In this document: positions 18,526 to 26,935 of the stretch, in pieces
Numbering within the stretch: position 1 is the first letter of the stretch
Layout of the letters: each line of letters begins with the position of its first letter
Origin: an uncultured candidatus Brocadiaceae bacterium
Lineage (GTDB): Bacteria > Planctomycetota > Brocadiia > SM23-32
NCBI GenBank assembly: GCA_964655775.1
Contig: CAZZNQ010000004.1
Location: 7,822 to 71,821 of the forward strand
Length of the DNA stretch: 64,000 nucleotides
Reading direction: 5' to 3'
Position numbers and translations under genes: made by a program
Notes under the pieces: model-generated
What the model was told of the DNA's origin: nothing
Seen by the model: only the letters and a program-made list of their open reading frames with translations
The model's database searches: none

Positions 18526-20463
18526 ATGACGTGGCGGGCATTCATACTGGGCCTGCTGGCCGCCATCGGCGTCGGCCTTCTGGACCCGTACACCTCGTTC
18601 AACAAGGGATACGGCTGGAACACGCAGGGCCATTTCCCGGTTGCCGCCGTGTTCCTGCTGGTGGTCTTCACGCTGGGCCTGAACCTGGCTATCAAGCTGG
18701 TGCGCAGGCGCTCGGCGCTTCGGCGGCCGGAGTTGATGCTCATCTGGTGCATGCTGATAGTCGCCTGCGTCACGCCGTCCAATCTCATGCGCTTCTGGTT
18801 CCCCACTCTGGCGGCGCCGCCGTATTTGGCCCGGCGCCCCGACATCCCCTGGAAGGATACCGCGCTGGAGCGTGCGCCGGAGTCGCTTCTTTTGACCAAG
18901 GACCTGCGGTCGCTCGCCGCGGAGCAGTTTTTCGAGGGACTGCACGACGACGTTCGCGTGCCGTGGTCCATGTGGCTTACGCCCATCAGTCGTTGGGCGG
19001 TCGTGATGGCCTTCATCTACCTTGCGACGTTCTTCGCGTGTGCCATACTGCGTCGGCAGTGGGTGGACCGCGAACGCCTCCAGTTTCCCCTGGCCCGCAT
19101 CCCGCTCCAGTACACGGAAGGGGTGGGCTCCGAGCGAGTTCTGCCGCCCGTCTTCGGCAACCGGGCTTTTCTGGTCGGGATCGGAGCCGCCTTCCTGCTG
19201 AAGTCCCTGAGGGCCATGCCGGTGTTCTTCGGCGCGACCAGTCCCGGCAACCTGACCATACCGCTGATGGACATTTTTCAAGAGACGCCGCTGCAGTCGA
19301 TGAGCTTCGTGAACTTCGGCATCATTTGGATGCCCATCGGCCTCGCCTACCTGGTGCCCTCGGACATCTCGCTCAGCATCTGGCTCTTCTACCTCGTGGG
19401 GCGATTCGAGCTCCTGGTGGCTTCCTGGGCGGGCTCGCCCATCTACTACGGCGGCACCCACAGCGAGCTGATGCGCTGGCACCGGCCGGGTGCTTACGTT
19501 GTGTTCATTGTCGGCTCGCTTTTCATGGCCCGGCGCCATCTCGCGGACGTTGTCCGGAAGGCCGTGTCGCGGGCTCCGGACGTGGACGACAGCGAGGAGC
19601 CTGTGGCCTTCCGCTTGGCCTTCTGGGGGCTGGTGGTGTGCTTCGCGGGAGCCGTCGTCTGGTTCGCCCACTACGGAATGAAGGCGTGGGTGGCGGTGGT
19701 GTACCTGCTGATGGTGATGTTGATGCAGGTGGTTCACGCGCGACTGGTGGCTCAGAGCGGCGTCTACCGAACGTCCCCGCTCAGCTCCGGGCCCAACCTG
19801 TTGCACGCGATGGGCGGCGGATACTTGTTCGGCCACACAGGCGCCGTCGTCGCGAACATGCACTACACCATTATGGTCGGCGGCAACAACTCGATGCTCG
19901 GTCCGGCGGCAATCCACGCGTTCCGCATCAGCGAGGTGTTCAAGCGCCGCCGTCGGCTTCTGCTGCCCGCCTTGGTGGTCGCGCTTGCGGCGTCGATCGC
20001 CGGCTCGTCCTACACCTGTCTGCGTCAGGCTTATACCGACGGCGCCCTCAACTACACACATACCTGGGCGTCTATAGACAATCCGCGAAGCTCGTTCGAC
20101 ATGGCGCACCAGCTGATGACGCGCCCCTTTGAGGTAGCGCAGGTGCGCGCAGTTCCATTCGCGCTGGGCGGGGTCATGACGGCGTTCGTCATGTTCATGC
20201 GGGCACGGTTCTACTGGTGGCCGCTCCATCCGATCGGCCTGCTGGCATTCTCGTCGTTCGGGCTGGATCGCATGTGGTTCTCCTTCTTCCTGGGCTGGCT
20301 GATCAAAGTGGTGGTGATGAAGTTCGGCAGCGGGCGCATTCTGCGCAACGGACGGCAGTTCTTCATCGGCTTCATCATCACGGAGTTGTTCCTGGACTGC
20401 AGTTGGAGTCTGGCCGCGGCGATAAGCGGCGGACGCATCCCCGGGGCGGGGGTATGGGTGTGA
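18526..20463 (+). CDS. Large polytopic membrane protein, unknown family (paralog 2)
   Basis: 645 aa. Shares GYGWNTQGHFPVAAVFLLVV, RRQWVDRERLQFPLARIP and FVMFMRARFYWWP with paralog 1. Confidence 0.75.
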   Translation: MTWRAFILGLLAAIGVGLLDPYTSFNKGYGWNTQGHFPVAAVFLLVVFTLGLNLAIKLVRRRSALRRPELMLIWCMLIVACVTPSNLMRFWFPTLAAPPYLARRPDIPWKDTALERAPESLLLTKDLRSLAAEQFFEGLHDDVRVPWSMWLTPISRWAVVMAFIYLATFFACAILRRQWVDRERLQFPLARIPLQYTEGVGSERVLPPVFGNRAFLVGIGAAFLLKSLRAMPVFFGATSPGNLTIPLMDIFQETPLQSMSFVNFGIIWMPIGLAYLVPSDISLSIWLFYLVGRFELLVASWAGSPIYYGGTHSELMRWHRPGAYVVFIVGSLFMARRHLADVVRKAVSRAPDVDDSEEPVAFRLAFWGLVVCFAGAVVWFAHYGMKAWVAVVYLLMVMLMQVVHARLVAQSGVYRTSPLSSGPNLLHAMGGGYLFGHTGAVVANMHYTIMVGGNNSMLGPAAIHAFRISEVFKRRRRLLLPALVVALAASIAGSSYTCLRQAYTDGALNYTHTWASIDNPRSSFDMAHQLMTRPFEVAQVRAVPFALGGVMTAFVMFMRARFYWWPLHPIGLLAFSSFGLDRMWFSFFLGWLIKVVVMKFGSGRILRNGRQFFIGFIITELFLDCSWSLAAAISGGRIPGAGVWV

Positions 20464-20474
20464 CGGTTCGGCGG

Positions 20475-20502
20475 TTGCGCGCGCGGCTGTGAGTGTTAGA
20501 AT
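20475..20502 (+). promoter_or_regulatory. Sigma-70-type promoter candidate for the TIM-barrel gene
   Basis: TTGCGC-N16-TAGAAT, 48 nt upstream of ATG 20550. Confidence 0.45.
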
Positions 20503-20549
20503 CGCCGAAGCGCGCAGTATCGCCTATCCACGGTTTGGAGGCTGGGACA

Positions 20550-21707
20550 ATGGGCTTTGTCGGCACGAAGTACCAGACGCAGCGTCGGACGCCGGAAGAG
20601 ATGATCGATCATCTCAATAGCTTCGAGCTGGACCTCAGGTTCTCGGCCGGGGTCTGGTTCTTCTTTCCCGGCGGCGGACGGTTCCACGATGCATACATCG
20701 ATCCGCCGAAGCCGGAAGAATGGCTTGACCGCGTCTTTGAGATCGCCGCCCCGCTCGCCGAGCACGGACTGTGCGGGCTGGAGGCCCATTACCCCAACGA
20801 GGTCAACGAAGAGAACATCGATCGGTACGTGGAGTTCGGCAAGGAAACCGGGATCCGGCTGATCACCATCGTGCCGAACTTGTTCTACGACCGGCAGTTC
20901 GAGTTCGGCGCCCTCAGCAGTCCGATCGAGGAGCGAAGACAGGCGGCCATAGAGCGGACCAAGACCGTCCTTGAACTGAACAAGCGCATCGACACCGACT
21001 TCTCCATCGTCTGGCCGGGCATCGACGGCTTCGAGCAGGCGTTCGGGCACGATCTGATCGCGGCCCGGGATCGTTTCTGCGAAGGGCTGGCGGAGGCGAT
21101 GGACGCCGTGCCGGGCGTTCGCGTTGCCGAGGAGCCGAAGCCCTACGAGCCACGGTCCAACATCATCTACGGGACGACGCCCGAGGGCCTGCTCATGGCC
21201 CAGAAGACCGAGGGCCTGCTGAAGGCGCCCGAGAACCGGAAACTGCTGGACCAGGGCGAAGCGCTGGTCGGACTGAACCCCGAGGTGGGCCACGTGCTCA
21301 TGGGATTCGAGGACCTCGCCTATGCCTTCGGCCTGGTCATGGAATACGGCCGGCTGTTCCACACGCACTGGAACTCCCAGCCCCTGGGCAACTACGACCA
21401 GGACCAGAACGTGGGCGTCATCTCTCCCGAGCAGACCGAAGCGGCCCTCTACGCGCTGAAGATGCAGGGCTACAACGGCTACTTCGGATTGGATCTGAAC
21501 CCGGAGCGGATGCCCGTGGACCGGGCGCTCATCAACTGCATGGACGCCCTGAAGGCCATGAACGAACGCGTCAACCGCATGGATCACGAGAAGGTGATCG
21601 CCTGCACGACGCGGCCGGACAAGAACCGCGGCCTGCTCGAGGCGCTGCTGACGCGCTGTCGCGCACCCGAAGGCGTCGAGCTTTCACCCATGCCCGAGAT
21701 ACGATAG
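20550..21707 (+). CDS. Xylose-isomerase-like TIM-barrel sugar (phosphate) isomerase/epimerase
   Basis: Start at ATG 20550 (MGFVGTKYQ). Resembles xylose-isomerase-type TIM barrels in size and in blocks such as LEAHYPNE, FSIVWPGIDGFE and NPEVGHVLM. Confidence 0.65.
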   Translation: MGFVGTKYQTQRRTPEEMIDHLNSFELDLRFSAGVWFFFPGGGRFHDAYIDPPKPEEWLDRVFEIAAPLAEHGLCGLEAHYPNEVNEENIDRYVEFGKETGIRLITIVPNLFYDRQFEFGALSSPIEERRQAAIERTKTVLELNKRIDTDFSIVWPGIDGFEQAFGHDLIAARDRFCEGLAEAMDAVPGVRVAEEPKPYEPRSNIIYGTTPEGLLMAQKTEGLLKAPENRKLLDQGEALVGLNPEVGHVLMGFEDLAYAFGLVMEYGRLFHTHWNSQPLGNYDQDQNVGVISPEQTEAALYALKMQGYNGYFGLDLNPERMPVDRALINCMDALKAMNERVNRMDHEKVIACTTRPDKNRGLLEALLTRCRAPEGVELSPMPEIR

Positions 21708-21726
21708 GGCGCGCGTACATAAGAAC

Positions 21727-21752
21727 GGCCCCCTCCATCGATGGAGGGGGCC
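21727..21752. terminator. Bidirectional terminator hairpin
   Basis: 26-nt perfect palindrome GGCCCCCTCCATCGATGGAGGGGGCC between the convergent stops at 21707 and 21791. Confidence 0.6.
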
Positions 21753-21790
21753 GGAGCATCCGTGGGAGGATGCGCCCCTAAGGGCGTGTC

Positions 21791-22243
21791 CTACTTGACC
21801 TCGATGCTCTTGGACTTCGCAGCCTCGATCTTGGGCATGCTCAGGTTCAGGACGCCGCCTTTGTACGACGCTTCGACCTGCTCGGTGTCCACGTAATCCG
21901 GCAGCCGGATCGAGCGCTCGAACCTGCCGTAGCGCCGTTCGACCCGGTGATAGTTCTCCTTCTCCGTGGCTTTCTCCTCTTTCTTCTCGCCACTGATCGT
22001 GAGAACCCGGTTCTCGACGGTGACGTCCAGATCGTCTTTCTCCATGCCCGGCACCTCGGCCGTGATCGTGACGGAGCTATCGTCCTCCTTCACGTCGATC
22101 GCCGGAGAGAAACGTCCTTCGTTCCACGGCTCGGGCAGCCCCACGTCTTCGAGCCCCTGCATAAGGTCCTCGAAAACGCGGCCGAATGGCCAGCCGTAAC
22201 GTCGTCCAACAGCGTTCGGTCTGCGTCTCATCAGGTCAGCCAT
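21791..22243 (-). CDS. Hsp20/alpha-crystallin family small heat-shock protein
   Basis: Alpha-crystallin domain (PAIDVKEDDSSVTITAEVPGMEKDDLDVTVENRVLTISGEK...GVLNLSMPK). AGGAGG RBS. Confidence 0.9.
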   Translation of the reverse strand: MADLMRRRPNAVGRRYGWPFGRVFEDLMQGLEDVGLPEPWNEGRFSPAIDVKEDDSSVTITAEVPGMEKDDLDVTVENRVLTISGEKKEEKATEKENYHRVERRYGRFERSIRLPDYVDTEQVEASYKGGVLNLSMPKIEAAKSKSIEVK

Positions 22244-22302
22244 TGTTCTCCTCCTTTCGCGAGTTCAAGGATCGTTGGTTGCCTGATCTGTCGTAGTATG
22301 AA

Positions 22303-22317
22303 GCAATGTGCGTGCCA
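22303..22317 (-). promoter_or_regulatory. Sigma-54 (-24/-12) promoter of hsp20
   Basis: The minus strand reads TGGCACGCACATTGC (exact TGGCAC-N5-TTGC) followed by TT, 60 nt upstream of ATG 22243. Confidence 0.75.
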
Positions 22318-22405
22318 ATGGCCTTGTGTATGTCGTAAAAAGTTTACTGCAATACGGTTATGGCGTGTCGGAAATGAACGGTCCCTCGTCTCCGGCGCAG
22401 TCTTT

Positions 22406-22449
22406 CTGCCAAACTGGCAGTGCGGCGACTGCGGCTGCCGCATCGGCAG
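22406..22449. promoter_or_regulatory. Two related palindromes, candidate enhancer (UAS) sites
   Basis: CTGCCAAACTGGCAG (22406-22420) and CTGCCGCATCGGCAG (22435-22449). Both are perfect 6-3-6 inverted repeats, with centres 29 bp apart, roughly 120 and 150 nt upstream of the predicted sigma-54 start. Confidence 0.5.
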
Positions 22450-22456
22450 ATCGGTG

Positions 22457-22485
22457 TTGACGGGCCGGGTCGGCTGCCATAGAAT
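22457..22485 (+). promoter_or_regulatory. Sigma-70-type promoter candidate for the NSS transporter
   Basis: TTGACG-N17-TAGAAT, 62 nt upstream of ATG 22547. Confidence 0.55.
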
Positions 22486-22546
22486 ACCGCGCTAAGCGGC
22501 CTCCCAGGCCGCACCAATTCCGCACTCAACGGAGGAGACGGCGCCT

Positions 22547-24721
22547 ATGGCGACTGAGCAGCGGGACAGGTGGAGCAGCCGCACCGCATTCATCATGGCC
22601 GCCGTCGGCAGCGCGGTCGGTCTGGGCAACCTCTGGCGTTTCCCCGCTGTGGCGTTCGCCAACGGCGGAGGCGCTTTTTTCGTGCCGTATTTCGTCGCCC
22701 TCCTGACAGCCGGCGTCCCGCTGATGATCGTGGAGTATGCCATTGGCCAGAAGTACCAGGGCGGCGCACCTCAGGCCATGGCGGCCGTCACGCGCAAGTT
22801 CCGGTGGGTGGGCTGGTTCGCCCTGATGGTCGGCTGCACCATCACCATGTACTACTGCGTGGTTATGGCCTACGCATGGCATTTCTCCGTCGGCTCGCTC
22901 TCGACCGCCTGGCGCGACCCGGTGCCGTATACCGAAGTCGATGAGCAAGGCGGCGTGCCCGTCCTCAAGGAGGTGGCTGCCGAGGACATTCAGCTCTACG
23001 TTCCGATGGCTGAGATCGAGGAAGCGGAGGGGGAACCGACCGAGCGGCTTGATGCGCGTGCCGAAGGACTGCGGGACTGGCTGGGGAAGGTGAACGGCGG
23101 ACTGCCCGTTCTGACTGCCGAGCAACTGGATCGCGAAGAGGCCCAGAACCCGGACAAGGCATACGTCAGCATCGTGGCGAATGTCGGCCACTACCTGATG
23201 GAAGAGGTGCTGGGCGGCTATCACGAGGGCTACTGGCGGAAGGCCCGGGAGTACAACGTTCGCCTGCAGCGCGAGGCCCGGGAAGCCAGGCGCTCGGGCC
23301 TGGACCCTCCGGCGGGCGAACCGATCCCCTATGCCTCGGACATGTTCGCCCTCAGCCCCAATCTGGTCATCGGCGCGCTGCTGACGTGGGTGCTCATCTT
23401 CTTCATCATCTTCCGCGGCGTGCGAAACGTGGGCAAGGTGGTCATGCTTACCGTGCCCCTGCCGGTGTTGCTCCTGGTGATCCTGCTCGTGCGCGGCATG
23501 ACTCTGCCCGGTGCGTCGGAGGGGCTTCTGTATTACCTGAAGCCCGACTGGTCCAAGCTGCAGGACGCCCGGGTGTGGATCGCCGCCTACGGGCAGATAT
23601 TCTTCAGCCTCAGCCTCGGTTTCGGAATCCTGATCGCGTACGCCAGCTACATGCCCCCCGAGAGCGACGTCACCAACAGCGCGTTCATCACCAGCTTCGG
23701 CAACTGCGCAACCAGCTTCATCGCGGGGCTGGCCGTCTTTAGCGTGCTCGGATACCTGGCGTACATCAGTAACATCGGTGTGGGCGAGCTGCCCGCTTCG
23801 GGTCTGGGCATGGCGGGCCCGCTGCTGGTGTTCATCACGTATCCTGTGGCGCTCTCGCAGATGCCGGTGGCGGCGGCGGGGGTGGTGCTGGTGAGCCTGG
23901 CCTTCTTCCTGTGCCTGATCAGCCTGGGCATCGACAGCGCGTTCAGTCTGGTGGAGGGCATTGTCACGGGTTTCCACGACCGGTTCCGGCGCATCCCCAG
24001 GGCGGCGATGAGCGGCATCATCTGCGCCATCGGCCTGGCGGGGAGCCTTTTGTTCTGCACGCGCAGCGGACTGATGTGGCTGGACATCGTGGATAACTGG
24101 ATGAGCAACTACGGTCTGCCGTTCGTAGGGCTCATGGAGTGCATCGCGGTCGGCTACTTCTTCCACATCGAGGAACTGCGCGACTACGTCAACACCCACA
24201 GCGAGATCAAGGTGCACAACTGGTTCGACGTCTGCATCAAGGTCATTACGCCCGGGATCCTGATCTACCTGCTGGCCGACCAGTTGATGAAGAACCTCGC
24301 GGCGCCCTACGGCGGGTACGACGAGGTCCTGACCCATTCCGTGACGCTGGCGGGGTGGGGATGGTTCCTGCTGATACTGCTTCTGGCGCTGCTGTTTTCC
24401 CGCCACTACCTCATCATCGTCGGCATGGGGTGCGCTGCGGCGGGCACAGTGGGTCTGTTCGCCTACCTGAAGGCCACGCTGGACCCGGCGAAGTTCGACA
24501 CCGGGGACCTGATCGCGTCGTCGGTGGCGGGGGCTGCGGCGGCCACACTCCTGTTCGGCACGCTGATCGGTTGCATCTACGTCGCCATGCGCACGCGGCA
24601 CATGGCCGGCCTCAGCATGGAGGCTCAGTCCTCGTCCGAAGGAGTATCCGAAGAACCGCCGGCGGACGCCTCCGCTGACGAGTCGTCCTCATCCGATGGG
24701 GCCTCCTCCGGCGGCGTCTGA
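22547..24721 (+). CDS. Neurotransmitter:sodium symporter (NSS/SLC6) family transporter with large loop insertion
   Basis: N-terminal signature WSSRTAFIMAAVGSAVGLGNLWRFP...GGGAFFVPY. 724 aa, with a ~155-aa hydrophilic insert after the third hydrophobic segment and an acidic Ser-rich tail. Confidence 0.9.
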   Translation: MATEQRDRWSSRTAFIMAAVGSAVGLGNLWRFPAVAFANGGGAFFVPYFVALLTAGVPLMIVEYAIGQKYQGGAPQAMAAVTRKFRWVGWFALMVGCTITMYYCVVMAYAWHFSVGSLSTAWRDPVPYTEVDEQGGVPVLKEVAAEDIQLYVPMAEIEEAEGEPTERLDARAEGLRDWLGKVNGGLPVLTAEQLDREEAQNPDKAYVSIVANVGHYLMEEVLGGYHEGYWRKAREYNVRLQREAREARRSGLDPPAGEPIPYASDMFALSPNLVIGALLTWVLIFFIIFRGVRNVGKVVMLTVPLPVLLLVILLVRGMTLPGASEGLLYYLKPDWSKLQDARVWIAAYGQIFFSLSLGFGILIAYASYMPPESDVTNSAFITSFGNCATSFIAGLAVFSVLGYLAYISNIGVGELPASGLGMAGPLLVFITYPVALSQMPVAAAGVVLVSLAFFLCLISLGIDSAFSLVEGIVTGFHDRFRRIPRAAMSGIICAIGLAGSLLFCTRSGLMWLDIVDNWMSNYGLPFVGLMECIAVGYFFHIEELRDYVNTHSEIKVHNWFDVCIKVITPGILIYLLADQLMKNLAAPYGGYDEVLTHSVTLAGWGWFLLILLLALLFSRHYLIIVGMGCAAAGTVGLFAYLKATLDPAKFDTGDLIASSVAGAAAATLLFGTLIGCIYVAMRTRHMAGLSMEAQSSSEGVSEEPPADASADESSSSDGASSGGV

Positions 24722-25287
24722 TCCGGCGCCGATCGCAGGGACGGTTGCTGCCTCTCAGATGATGGGACCGGGGCCAGGTCGGCCGGCAGCACGAACTTCT
24801 CACCGGGGCCCGCATCCCGGTCCTCGAGCCATCCCTGGCGTACCTCCAGGACGAAGCGCACCGGCTCCGGCGGCTCTATGACTGCCGTACCGCCTGCGCT
24901 CATATCTTTGGCTGCGACGATGGTGCCGTCGGCCTCCAGGTATATCAGCGACGTGCCGAACTTGTTGCCGGCGCCGGAGAACTTCGGCGTTGTGGGCGAG
25001 TCATAGACGTAGAGCATGCCGGATCCCGGTTCCAGGTTGCGCCTGCCCGCGAGCCCCTGCGATCTCTCAACCTGCGATTCGGCGATCTCGGCCTTGATCG
25101 TGTACGTCTCGGAGGCCGTGCCGGGCGGCAACGCCATGTCCAGCTTCAGGTTCTCAATGCGTGCCCCCGGCGGCCTGGTGGTTCCGCCGCCGCCTGGCGA
25201 GCACTGTCCGCCCTGGAACAGCATGGACACCAGCAGGAACACGGCAATGAAGATCAGAATGTGTTTGGTCCAGTTCAATGTCGGCAT
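24625..25287 (-). CDS. DUF192 domain protein with N-terminal membrane anchor/signal
   Basis: GLAGRRNLEPGSGMLYVY...SLIYLEADGTIV...FVLEVRQGW matches the DUF192 pattern. The 3' end overlaps the NSS gene by 97 nt. Confidence 0.7.
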   Translation of the reverse strand: MPTLNWTKHILIFIAVFLLVSMLFQGGQCSPGGGGTTRPPGARIENLKLDMALPPGTASETYTIKAEIAESQVERSQGLAGRRNLEPGSGMLYVYDSPTTPKFSGAGNKFGTSLIYLEADGTIVAAKDMSAGGTAVIEPPEPVRFVLEVRQGWLEDRDAGPGEKFVLPADLAPVPSSERQQPSLRSAPDQTPPEEAPSDEDDSSAEASAGGSSDTPSDED

Positions 25288-25368
25288 CCTCGCGTAGAAA
25301 GGGCAATGACCACTGCGTCGGTTATAGCACGGCTGGGGGACGGGTGCAATCAGCCAGCCGTGTGTTCT

Positions 25369-25396
25369 TTGCCCCCGAGCGGGGCCGTGCTACAAT
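25369..25396 (+). promoter_or_regulatory. Sigma-70-type promoter candidate for pgi
   Basis: TTGCCC-N16-TACAAT. The spacer contains a small GCCCC/GGGGC hairpin. Confidence 0.4.
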
Positions 25397-25450
25397 GCGG
25401 GGCGACGGGGGCACGATGGTTCCATTCGCTGGACACTGTGGAGCAGACCG

Positions 25451-26836
25451 ATGGCAGAGACCGTAATGAGCATGGATGCCGCCAACATGTTTGCGGAACG
25501 GGTCGGCAAGGAGCACGGCCTGGAACGCGACGGGGTGGACGCGCTTGCCGGCAGAATCTCTGAATACCGGGGACGCATCGAGGAGCGTCGGGGCGAAGAC
25601 GTGGGATTCATGGTGTTGCCGTACGACCGCGAGACGCTCTCTCGTGTGCAGGAGATTGCGACGAAGATCCGCGAGTCGAGCCGCGATTTCGCCGTCCTGG
25701 GCATAGGTGGCTCCGCCCTGGGCAACATCGCCGTCCACAGCGCGCTGAACCACCCGTTCCACAATCTTCTGCCGCAGGACCATGAGGCCCGCCTGGGCGC
25801 GCCGCGACTGTTCGTGCTGGACAACGTCGACCCGTCGCTCATCTCGGGGTTCATGGACGTGGTCGGCGACGAGTTGGGGCACTGCGTATTCAACGTCATC
25901 ACCAAGTCCGGCTCCACCGCCGAGACCATGAGCCAGTTCCTCCACGTGCGCGATCTGGTGCGCCGCACAGGCGGGAATCCGACCGAGCGCATGGTGCTTA
26001 CCACGGATCCGGACCCCGAGAAGAGCCTCCTCCGGCGCATCGCCGATGCCGGCGGCTACGATACCTTGCCGATTCCCGCCAATGTCGGCGGCCGTTTCAG
26101 TGTGCTCTCGTCGGTCGGGCTGCTGAGCGCAGCCGTCGGAGGCGTGGATATCGAAGCTATGCTGCGTGGAGCGGCGGCGATGGATGAAGCCTGCCGGGCC
26201 GAAGGCGTGTGGGAGAATCCCGCCGCGCTGTATGCCAGTGTCCTTTATCTCATGTACCACCAGGGGAAGCCGATCAGCGTGCTGATGCCGTACTCCTCGG
26301 CCCTGAGCAAGCTGGCGGACTGGTACTGCCAGCTCTGGGCGGAGAGCCTGGGCAAACGGAACGGGCTGGAGGAGGACGACGTGTTCATCGGCCCGACGCC
26401 CGTCGGCGCCGTGGGCGTAACCGACCAGCATTCCGTGATGCAGCTTTACCAGGACGGCCGGTTCGACAAGGCGATAACGCTCGTGGAGGTGGACGAGCCG
26501 GCGCCCGGCGACGAGGAACCGATCTGCAGGGGCGACTGCGAGCCGGAACTTCAGTACCTGGCCGATCACACGTTCGGCGAGCTTTTCGGCGCCGAGCTGG
26601 CCGCCACTCGCCGTGCGCTCACGGACAAGCACCGCCCCAATCTGACCCTCCGCATTCCGCAGGTGGACGCGCGCGCCCTGGGCGAGCTGTTCATGTTCTT
26701 CGAATACGCGGTCACCTACAGCGGCTACCTGTTCGGGGTGAACGCTTTCGACCAGCCGGGGGTCGAGCTGGGCAAGCGCTACACGTACGGACTCATGGGT
26801 CGCGAGGGCTACGATCCGCCCGAGGGGCTCGGATAG
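25451..26836 (+). CDS. pgi: Glucose-6-phosphate isomerase (short bacterial/archaeal type)
   Basis: SIS-domain signature FAVLGIGGSALG, then ITKSGSTAET and a later DQHS...QGR region, typical of ~450-aa PGI enzymes. Confidence 0.85.
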   Translation: MAETVMSMDAANMFAERVGKEHGLERDGVDALAGRISEYRGRIEERRGEDVGFMVLPYDRETLSRVQEIATKIRESSRDFAVLGIGGSALGNIAVHSALNHPFHNLLPQDHEARLGAPRLFVLDNVDPSLISGFMDVVGDELGHCVFNVITKSGSTAETMSQFLHVRDLVRRTGGNPTERMVLTTDPDPEKSLLRRIADAGGYDTLPIPANVGGRFSVLSSVGLLSAAVGGVDIEAMLRGAAAMDEACRAEGVWENPAALYASVLYLMYHQGKPISVLMPYSSALSKLADWYCQLWAESLGKRNGLEEDDVFIGPTPVGAVGVTDQHSVMQLYQDGRFDKAITLVEVDEPAPGDEEPICRGDCEPELQYLADHTFGELFGAELAATRRALTDKHRPNLTLRIPQVDARALGELFMFFEYAVTYSGYLFGVNAFDQPGVELGKRYTYGLMGREGYDPPEGLG

Positions 26837-26858
26837 GGCTTCTCGCGATGCTCTCGAT

Positions 26859-26887
26859 TTGCTGCTGTCCCGCCGGGCGGCTATAAT
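26859..26887 (+). promoter_or_regulatory. Sigma-70-type promoter candidate for the glycosyltransferase operon
   Basis: TTGCTG-N17-TATAAT, 49 nt upstream of GTG 26936. Confidence 0.55.
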
Positions 26888-26935
26888 GAACGGGCGCGTA
26901 CTTCCGGCCCGAGACGATCCTGGAGCGCACCGGCA

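Larger units (their letters stand above)
16571..20463 (+). repeat. Tandem gene duplication (two full-length paralogs, 29-nt spacer)
   Basis: The two products are collinear along their whole length. An identical 32-mer tacggctggaacacgcagggccatttcccggt occurs at 16655-16686 and 18610-18641. Confidence 0.8.

Noticed and set aside
18493-20229. 578-aa minus-strand ORF and 539-aa alternative plus-frame ORF over paralog 2
   Set aside because: The frame encoding the hydrophobic protein is conserved with paralog 1. The other frames give Arg/His/Gly-rich sequences.
22526-24601. 691-aa ORF on the minus strand
   Set aside because: It is antisense to the NSS transporter, which has the unmistakable GLGNLWRFP signature.
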